Positions 57,124 through 64,000 of a DNA stretch of 64,000 nucleotides are shown here, piece after piece. Under the pieces are notes generated by a model. The model ran no database searches. It was not told the origin of the DNA and saw only the letters and a program-made list of their open reading frames with translations. The number at the start of each line of letters is the position of its first letter. Positions within the stretch are counted from its first letter, which is position 1. Made by a program: the position numbers and the translations under genes. The stretch is from Gammaproteobacteria bacterium (GTDB lineage: Bacteria > Pseudomonadota > Gammaproteobacteria > Steroidobacterales > GCA-2729495): assembly GCA_024277915.1 (NCBI GenBank), contig JAJRUG010000044.1:79490-143489 (forward strand). The letters are read 5' to 3'.

Positions 57124-57966
57124 GTGCAGTACGAAAATCCCGAAATCCCGGAAGGCATCAACACCAGCAACGAGCACCCGCTGAAGGAGCTGGTGTGGTT
57201 GCTGGGCGGTGTGGTACTCGTCTCGGTCATCGTTGGCCTTTTTCTGGTATTTGCCACCAATCTGTCTATCGCCCTGGTGCCATTTTCATACGAACAAGAG
57301 ATCGCTGCGCCATTCGTTGCTGAGCTGGAGCATGAGGAAGGAGAGATCAGCGCATACTTGCAGGCGCTGGCAGAAGACATGTCCACCTGGCTGGATCTGC
57401 CCTCCGATATGTCGCTTCAGATGCACTATATCGATGAAGAAACAGTCAATGCATTCGCAACGCTGGGTGGACATATCTTTATATACCGCGGACTGGTTCA
57501 GGCGATGCCCAGTGAAAATGCGCTGGCGATGGTTGTGGCGCACGAAATTGCTCACATCAAACAGCGTGATCCAATCGCCTCTTTGGGCAGAGGGGTTGTG
57601 TTCATGATTGCGTGGTCGTTGGTGACCGGTGCCAGCGGCAGCGATATTGGCGGGCAGGCTTTAGGTCAGGGCGGCCTGCTCACGTTGTTGAGCTTCAGCC
57701 GTGATCAGGAACGCGCGGCTGATCAGGAAGCAATAAAGGCAGTAGAGCAACGTTATGGGCACATCGCAGGTGCCAGTGCATTGTTTGAGCAGCTGGAAAA
57801 AGCACAACAGGGTAGTGCTGATGCAGTGCCACAGTTTTTCAGCTCACACCCGCTCAACGAGGATCGCAGTGTTGATATCGAACAGCTGGCAGATGCTCAT
57901 GCATGGCAGACAGCAGGCGAGCTGACACCATTGCCCGGATTTGTTTCGAGGCGTGTGGCAGAATAA
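57124..57966 (+). CDS. M48-family zinc metallopeptidase
   Basis: 280 aa with a GTG start, one TM helix, the HEIAHIKQRD motif and a downstream ERAADQEA. Confidence 0.8.
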   Translation: MQYENPEIPEGINTSNEHPLKELVWLLGGVVLVSVIVGLFLVFATNLSIALVPFSYEQEIAAPFVAELEHEEGEISAYLQALAEDMSTWLDLPSDMSLQMHYIDEETVNAFATLGGHIFIYRGLVQAMPSENALAMVVAHEIAHIKQRDPIASLGRGVVFMIAWSLVTGASGSDIGGQALGQGGLLTLLSFSRDQERAADQEAIKAVEQRYGHIAGASALFEQLEKAQQGSADAVPQFFSSHPLNEDRSVDIEQLADAHAWQTAGELTPLPGFVSRRVAE

Positions 57967-58030
57967 TCAGGGAATCAGAAACATACAGGGTGAGAAGAAT
58001 GATCGATAGCAAGAGCCTGGGTCTTTCAGT

Positions 58031-60346
58031 ATGACGAGATCAGTCAGATCAGTAGCCTTACTCGGAAATTTTCTGCCAAGACAATGTGGCATCGCCACTT
58101 TCACTGCCGACCTGGCCGCTGCGATTGTCGAAAATGATCCGGGCATCGATTGTTTCACCGTGGCGATGAATGATCGGCCGGAGGGCTATGAATACCCTTC
58201 GACGGTACGATTCCAGATTCAGCAGGGCAAATTGAATGATTACAGTGTTGCAGCGGATTATCTGAACACGAGTGGTGTGGATGCCGTCAGCCTGCAACAT
58301 GAGTACGGCATATTCGGCGGCCAGCGGGGCAGCTTTATCATCGAACTCGCACGAAGCCTGAAAATGCCTCTGATCACGACGCTGCATACAATATTACGTG
58401 ATCCGTCGCCGCTGGAGCACTGGATCATCACTGAGCTTGCCCATTTATCCGAGTTTCTGGTGGTGATGAGCGAGCGCGGCAAGAGGTTTCTGCGGGAAAC
58501 CTATCGAGTGCCGGAGGCGAAGATCAGGCTGATCCATCACGGCATTCCCGATATCCCTTTTCTCAATCAGGATCCCTGCAGGAGCAAATTTGTCGCAGAC
58601 GACAAAATCATGATCCTGACTTTCGGTCTGCTCTCACCGGGCAAGGGCATCGAGTTTATGGTAGATGCTCTGCCCGATATCATTCGCACCCACCCCCAGG
58701 TATTGTATTTCGTGGTCGGCGCGACCCATCCGCATCTCAGGGCCGAGAGCGGTGAGGATTACCGCCTGAGCCTGCATCATCGGGCAGAACATCTGGGCGT
58801 CGCCGAGCACATTGTCTTCTATGATCGGTTCCTTGATCGTGCCGATCTGCTGGAAATAATTCGGGCGGCGGATCTCTATGTCACCCCCTATCTCAATGAG
58901 GCTCAGATCGTTTCGGGTACTCTCGCCTACGCGCTGGGTGCGGGAAAAGCAGTGGTCTCCACACCCTACTGGCACGCACTGGAGATGCTGGCTGATAATC
59001 GGGGCCGGTTGGTTCCCTTCAGGGATCCTCAGGCGCTGGCTACAACAATTAATGAACTTCTGGAGCGTCCCGAGGAGTGTCATGCCATGCGTGCTGACGC
59101 CTATGAATATTGCCGACCCATGGTAATGGCGGAAATGGGCCGCCATTACCTGGAGGTTATCGCTGCAGCAAGGGACCAGCACGTGCAGGTGCCCAGGGAA
59201 CAGCCGGCTCTCGAAACGCTTAGCGGGCGTGAGCCACGATTACCACAGATTAATTTGGAACATGTCCGGCTGATGACGGATGGCACAGGCATGCTGCAGC
59301 ATGCCAAGTTTACTGTTCCGGATCGGGCGCATGGGTACTGTGTCGACGATAACGCACGTGCGTTGATTGCCGTGATCAGGGCGCACAGCCTGAATAAAAC
59401 GGATGATTCACTAACCGAGCTGTCTACCGTGTACCTCAGCTTCCTGGATGATGCATTCAATCGTGAGACCGGAAGATTCCGGAATTTCATGTCCTTTAAC
59501 CGGCAGTGGCTTGAAGAGACCGGTTCGGAGGACGCCCATGGCCGGGCAGTCTGGGCCCTGGGCGTGGTGGCCGGGCATGGGCTCAATCAGGGCCAGGTTG
59601 CGGTTGCCACCGGGCTCTTTTGGGATGCATTGCCGGCATTGGATAGCTTTTCGGATTCTCGCGCCATTGCCTTCCCCATTCTCGGGATACAGGCTTACCT
59701 GCATCGAAACGGAGATGATCACCGGGCCTTGGGCATCCTCAAAGCGCTGGGCAACAGGCTTCAGGAGCGCTTCCGGAAATATGCCACGGACAACTGGCTT
59801 TGGCACGAAGAAATGCTGGCCTATGACAACGCGCGTTTACCCCAGGCGCTCATGGCCTGCGGTCATGCGACCAATGATGATGAAATGGTGTCGCTTGGCC
59901 TCAGGGTTCTCCAGTGGTTGCGAGACATCCAGATCGACCCCTCCGGGGGCTGGTTTTCACCGGTCGGCAATCAGGGCTGGTACTCAAGATCGGGCAGCAA
60001 GGCTCAATACGATCAGCAGCCCCTGGAAGCAGCAGCCATGATCGCCGCCTGTACGGAAGCACATGCATGTACGGGAGATGACGAATGGGTTCAGCTCGCT
60101 TCCACCTGCTTCAGCTGGTATCTGGGGAACAATGATCAAAGAATCAAGCTTTACGACCACACCGGCGGGGGATGCCGTGACGGACTCCACGCTGCCGGCG
60201 TTAATGAAAACCGGGGCGCGGAATCAACGCTCTCTTACGTTCTTTCGCTGCTCGCCATTTATAATCTTCGCGGCTTGACAACGGGTCCAAACGGCGCCGG
60301 GGAGCAGGCCTTCGCAAACGATCTGCCGGAGCCTCAGGAATTCTGA
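58031..60346 (+). CDS. GT4 glycosyltransferase with a ~390-aa C-terminal extension of unknown function
   Basis: 771 aa with an N-terminal GT-B/GT4-like half (VALLGNFLPRQCGIATFT...). The C-terminal half is helical and Trp/Gly-rich, and could be an alpha/alpha-toroid-like fold (not verified). Confidence 0.7.
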   Translation: MTRSVRSVALLGNFLPRQCGIATFTADLAAAIVENDPGIDCFTVAMNDRPEGYEYPSTVRFQIQQGKLNDYSVAADYLNTSGVDAVSLQHEYGIFGGQRGSFIIELARSLKMPLITTLHTILRDPSPLEHWIITELAHLSEFLVVMSERGKRFLRETYRVPEAKIRLIHHGIPDIPFLNQDPCRSKFVADDKIMILTFGLLSPGKGIEFMVDALPDIIRTHPQVLYFVVGATHPHLRAESGEDYRLSLHHRAEHLGVAEHIVFYDRFLDRADLLEIIRAADLYVTPYLNEAQIVSGTLAYALGAGKAVVSTPYWHALEMLADNRGRLVPFRDPQALATTINELLERPEECHAMRADAYEYCRPMVMAEMGRHYLEVIAAARDQHVQVPREQPALETLSGREPRLPQINLEHVRLMTDGTGMLQHAKFTVPDRAHGYCVDDNARALIAVIRAHSLNKTDDSLTELSTVYLSFLDDAFNRETGRFRNFMSFNRQWLEETGSEDAHGRAVWALGVVAGHGLNQGQVAVATGLFWDALPALDSFSDSRAIAFPILGIQAYLHRNGDDHRALGILKALGNRLQERFRKYATDNWLWHEEMLAYDNARLPQALMACGHATNDDEMVSLGLRVLQWLRDIQIDPSGGWFSPVGNQGWYSRSGSKAQYDQQPLEAAAMIAACTEAHACTGDDEWVQLASTCFSWYLGNNDQRIKLYDHTGGGCRDGLHAAGVNENRGAESTLSYVLSLLAIYNLRGLTTGPNGAGEQAFANDLPEPQEF

Positions 60347-61828
60347 TCAGCTTAGCCGATGCGCCTTGAACCGGGACAGGAGCTCGGGAATCGAGATGGT
60401 GGCGATTCTGCACCTTTGATCGGCAATGCCATAGGGGACAATCAGCGTGTCCTCATGCACCATGCTGCCGCAGGTATAAACCACGTTGGGCACGTACCCT
60501 TCCCGCTCCTGCTCGTCAGGGGACAGTATCGGCTCAGGGAGCCTGCCGATGACCCTGGTCGGATCGTCAAGGTCCAGAAGCTCGGCCCAGATACTGTATT
60601 TGCGCATCGGTCCGACCCCATGGAACAGCGCAATCCACCCCTCGGATGTCTCCACCGGCGAACCACAGTTACCGACCTGAACAAATTCCAGCGGATGAAC
60701 AGGTTCCTGCAGCAGTTGCGCATCATTCCAGAAGCGGAGGCTGTCCGAGAACATGATGTAATTATTGACCCCATCCTGGCGTGACAACATCACGTATTGG
60801 CCATTGATTTTCCTGGGGAACAATGCCATGCCCTTGTTCTTTACGGCATTACCGCTGAGCGTATGAATCTTGAAGGTCAGAAAATCAGTTGTCTCGAGAA
60901 TCTGCGACAGAATCACAAACCCATTGTAGGCTGTGTACGTTGCATAGTAGTTGACCGACCCGTCATCATCGACGAAGCGTACGAAACGCGCATCCTCGAT
61001 ACCACCTGCTTCATTTTCCGTTACCGGGAAAATCACCCGCTCTGAGATTTGCTGATCCGGGCTGAAGATCACTTCATAGTTTGACCGGGTCAGCCATAAC
61101 GCCATATCAATCGCGTGCTGCTTGTCCTTTCGTGTAAATCGGGTTGATCGGAGGCTCTTGATCCGGGTTTTCAGCTGATCAATGGTGAAGGTTTCTTCCA
61201 GCCCCCCCAGAAGATGAGCCACGACCCGGTCTCGGGCGCCGACCTCTTCGAGCTTTTGCTGAAAGTGGAGGCGGTGATAAAGCGGGTCTGTGTGAATTTC
61301 CGGTGTGGCGACATACTGACTGACGGCATCGAGAAAGATATCGCTGTTTTTGTCAATGATTCCGCAGCGGAATTCAATCGAAGAGATATGACCTTCACCC
61401 GTTGCCCGGAAACTCATGATGAATCGCCGGGATCCTTCTTCCAGGTCTTCCTGATCGGGGTGAGAGACGATGGAAGGGTTGAATAGTGCTGCGGATTCTA
61501 CCGAGTATTCGCAGGTCATATAGGCGCCAAGCAGGAGACGTTTCTCAGGCGACAGACAACATCGTTTTGGTACATGCTGTGCAATCCGCTCGAAGTTTCT
61601 TTCCAGAGCTTCCCGGAAATTCCGGTGCCGGGCGGAGAACTCCTGGAGTACCGTCTCCAGCAGATGGAGCACGTCATCGTCACTCAGCCCGGCGACGCGA
61701 TTGATCAGGCCCTTGATCCGGGCTTTGTCGCCGGGAATGTGTGGCCGCGTGATGACACGCGAACTCTCGGCATTCAGCAATGTTGGCTGTCGTTTGACCA
61801 GTTGCCGGCGCTGTTCTCTGACTCTCAT
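60347..61828 (-). CDS. GH130-like (beta-mannoside phosphorylase/hydrolase family) protein with a ~180-aa N-terminal extension
   Basis: 493 aa. The C-terminal two thirds parallel the 314-aa GH130 gene (GIEDARFVRF...YYATYTAYNG...GWIALFHGVG...VPNVVYTCG). Its stop abuts the stop of the 771-aa gene (TGATCA). Confidence 0.65.
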   Translation of the reverse strand: MRVREQRRQLVKRQPTLLNAESSRVITRPHIPGDKARIKGLINRVAGLSDDDVLHLLETVLQEFSARHRNFREALERNFERIAQHVPKRCCLSPEKRLLLGAYMTCEYSVESAALFNPSIVSHPDQEDLEEGSRRFIMSFRATGEGHISSIEFRCGIIDKNSDIFLDAVSQYVATPEIHTDPLYHRLHFQQKLEEVGARDRVVAHLLGGLEETFTIDQLKTRIKSLRSTRFTRKDKQHAIDMALWLTRSNYEVIFSPDQQISERVIFPVTENEAGGIEDARFVRFVDDDGSVNYYATYTAYNGFVILSQILETTDFLTFKIHTLSGNAVKNKGMALFPRKINGQYVMLSRQDGVNNYIMFSDSLRFWNDAQLLQEPVHPLEFVQVGNCGSPVETSEGWIALFHGVGPMRKYSIWAELLDLDDPTRVIGRLPEPILSPDEQEREGYVPNVVYTCGSMVHEDTLIVPYGIADQRCRIATISIPELLSRFKAHRLS

Positions 61829-61976
61829 TTTAACGATTGCGTATCAACAGGATCTGGCTAACAATGATTCCCGGTAGCTGGCCCGGGCCGCGAGGGCACG
61901 GAGTATAGCCCCAAGGTTCACCAGAAGCATATATTACGAATCACAGTTTCAATAATTGCCGGTTTCGAGTATTACC

Positions 61977-63005
61977 ATGCGTATCGCCGTCCTCAGTCCC
62001 GTTTCGTGGCGCACACCGCCACGCCACTACGGCCCATGGGAATCCGTGGTCAGCCTGCTCACGGAAGAGCTGGTGCGACTTGGTCTGGATGTCACCCTGT
62101 TTGCCAGCGGCGATTCGCTCACCAGCGGCAAGCTGGTTTCGGTTTGTCCGCTTCCTTACTCGGAGGATTCCCGGGTCGATCCCAAGGTTGCAGAGTGCCT
62201 GCATATTTCCGAGGTATTCGAGCGTGCTGCTGAATTCGACCTTATTCACAATCACTTCGACTTTCTGCCACTGACCTATTCCGGTCTGGTTGATACCCCG
62301 GTCGTCACCACCATTCATGGCTTTTCTTCACCATCGATCATGCCCGTGTACAAAAAATACAATGCTCGTTGTCATTACGTCGCGATCAGCGCAGCGGACC
62401 GGTCGCCGGATCTCGACTATCTCGCGACCATTCATCATGGTATAGACATTGCGCAATTCCCCTTTTCCGGGGCCGAGGGGCAGTATCTTTTATTCTTTGG
62501 CCGGATTCATCCGGACAAAGGCGTACACGAAGCGATCCGGGTGGCGAAGCGGGCCGGCATCAAACTGGTGATTGCCGGCATCGTGCAGGATCAGCACTAC
62601 TTTCAGACCCAAGTCGAGCCGTATCTGGACGACACAACGGTAGAATATCTGGGCTCCGTCGGGCCTGACCGGCGCGGCGAGTTACTTGGCCGGGCGATCG
62701 CATTGCTGCACCTGATCAACTTTAACGAGCCATTTGGTTTGAGTCTCGTGGAATCCATGGCCTGCGGCACGCCGGTGATTGCATTTGGCCGTGGGGCGAT
62801 TCCGGAAATTATCAGGCACGGAGAAACCGGTTTCATCGTTGCAGATATCGACGAGGCAGCCGAAGCAGTAATGGAGATCCCTGCCATCACCCGATCAGCC
62901 TGCCGGAACGATGTCGAGCAACGATTTTCACATACGCGTATGGCACAGGATTACATCACGGCATATCGAAAAATTCTTGAAGCGGAAACAACTGATGAGC
63001 ACTAA
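61977..63005 (+). CDS. GT4 glycosyltransferase
   Basis: ORF 61956..63005. The ATG is at 61977 (MRIAVLSPVSW...). An EX7E motif FNEPFGLSLVESMACGTPV is present. Confidence 0.8.
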   Translation: MRIAVLSPVSWRTPPRHYGPWESVVSLLTEELVRLGLDVTLFASGDSLTSGKLVSVCPLPYSEDSRVDPKVAECLHISEVFERAAEFDLIHNHFDFLPLTYSGLVDTPVVTTIHGFSSPSIMPVYKKYNARCHYVAISAADRSPDLDYLATIHHGIDIAQFPFSGAEGQYLLFFGRIHPDKGVHEAIRVAKRAGIKLVIAGIVQDQHYFQTQVEPYLDDTTVEYLGSVGPDRRGELLGRAIALLHLINFNEPFGLSLVESMACGTPVIAFGRGAIPEIIRHGETGFIVADIDEAAEAVMEIPAITRSACRNDVEQRFSHTRMAQDYITAYRKILEAETTDEH

Positions 63006-63939
63006 ACTGATTGTCGAGCGTTATGCAGGAAATCCCATCCTGACAAAAGATGATGTGCCCTATGCTGTGGAGACGGTTCACAATGCGGGTGCAACCCGGT
63101 ACGGGGAGCGCTATGTATTGCTGTTTCGTTCCCACTTGAGGAATGGAAGGTCTATTATCGGGATTGCCTGGAGCGACGATGGCTACCGGTTCCAGGTGGA
63201 ATCCGAACCCTTCATGGTGCCATCCACGGAAGGAGCTTTCTCGGCATACGAAGAGTACGGTGTCGAGGATCCGAGAATCTGCTTCATCAATGATCAGTAT
63301 TACATTACCTATAGTGCCTATTCCAGATTCGGTGTCCGTATTGGCCTGGCGAAAACCTGTGAGTTCAAAACTGTCGAGAGGGTGTCACTGATCAGCCAGG
63401 CGGATATGCGCAATGTGGTGCTTTTCCCGGAAACCTTCAATGGTCGTTACGCACGGCTGGACAGGCCTCACTCGGAAATCAATCCCTGGTGCATCTGGTT
63501 ATCCTGGTCTACGGACCTGGTGCACTGGGGCGATTCTGTACCCGTGATTCAGCCTGTAACCTATCATTGGGACGAGATGAAAATCGGCCCGGGTGCAACA
63601 CCGATTAAAACCCCGGAAGGCTGGCTCAATATCTACCACGGCGTATTCCCCACTATGGATGGCGCGGTGTATCGTCTGGGTGTGGCACTGCATGATCTGG
63701 CTAACCCCGCCAGGGTCATCGGTGTAGCCGATGACTGGATTCTGTCGCCGGAAGATTCCTGGGAATTGACAGGTTATGTGCATAACGTCGTTTTTTCTTG
63801 TGGTGCCATCGCGGAGCAGGACGGTACGGTCAAAATTTACTGGGGTGGTGCCGATAGTGTCATGTGCGTCGGCACGGCAAAGATTAGTGATCTGGTTGAG
63901 CTCTGTTGCAAGAATGCCAGGCCGGCTTTGGCCATCTAG
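62995..63939 (+). CDS. GH130-family glycosidase/phosphorylase
   Basis: ORF 62911..63939. The ATG at 62995 overlaps the GT4 stop. YGVEDPRICFINDQYYITYSAYS, GWLNIYHGV and VHNVVFSCG are typical of GH130 (former DUF377). Confidence 0.8.
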   Translation: MSTKLIVERYAGNPILTKDDVPYAVETVHNAGATRYGERYVLLFRSHLRNGRSIIGIAWSDDGYRFQVESEPFMVPSTEGAFSAYEEYGVEDPRICFINDQYYITYSAYSRFGVRIGLAKTCEFKTVERVSLISQADMRNVVLFPETFNGRYARLDRPHSEINPWCIWLSWSTDLVHWGDSVPVIQPVTYHWDEMKIGPGATPIKTPEGWLNIYHGVFPTMDGAVYRLGVALHDLANPARVIGVADDWILSPEDSWELTGYVHNVVFSCGAIAEQDGTVKIYWGGADSVMCVGTAKISDLVELCCKNARPALAI

Positions 63940-64000
63940 CGATACTGCCAAAAACTACCGGGCCGGGAACCAGGCTCAAGTCTACCCATGCCAGTAGCGG

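Noticed and set aside
59803-59818. sigma54-like TGGCAC-gaaga-AATGC inside the 771-aa GT4 gene, and ttggcaccattaatattg at 22127
   Set aside because: The -12 element is imperfect or absent. One site lies inside a coding region, and the other overlaps the lipB stop codon just past the 27-bp inverted repeat. No activator context exists for either.

Overview
The window reads as a chromosomal segment with Gammaproteobacteria-like gene order, holding about 65 protein genes and no rRNA, tRNA, CRISPR array or intact IS element that I could see. Most of it is conserved housekeeping. This includes lgt-thyA, the lptD-surA-pdxA-rsmA-apaH operon, lipB-ybeD-dat-dac-rlpA-mltB-rodA-mrdA-mreDCB, gatCAB, a SahR-like regulator with metF-metH, moeB-prmC, and prfA. 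Four accessory or unusual regions stand out. (1) 35.9-39.9 kb holds a sigma54 module: a sensor-less enhancer-binding protein, palindromic and 11-bp-periodic upstream repeats, a perfect TGGCAC-N5-TTGCA promoter, a terminator-like leader hairpin, an 86-aa protein, and a 790-aa ORF carrying two complete signal-peptide/passenger/PEP-CTERM modules in one frame. (2) At 46.7-46.8 kb a leader strongly resembles a c-di-GMP-I (GEMM-I) riboswitch and sits in front of a small secreted protein of unknown function. (3) A ~6.6-kb mosaic insertion splits the usual prfA-prmC pair. It carries a BLIP-II/RCC1-like 7-blade repeat protein, two divergent GT25 glycosyltransferases in an AT-richer stretch, and vapBC. 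(4) At 58-64 kb there is a GT4 / GH130 / GT4 / GH130 cluster. In addition, pdxA is interrupted by a single in-frame TAA. All calls come from reading the ORF translations and the DNA by eye. No database search was run.
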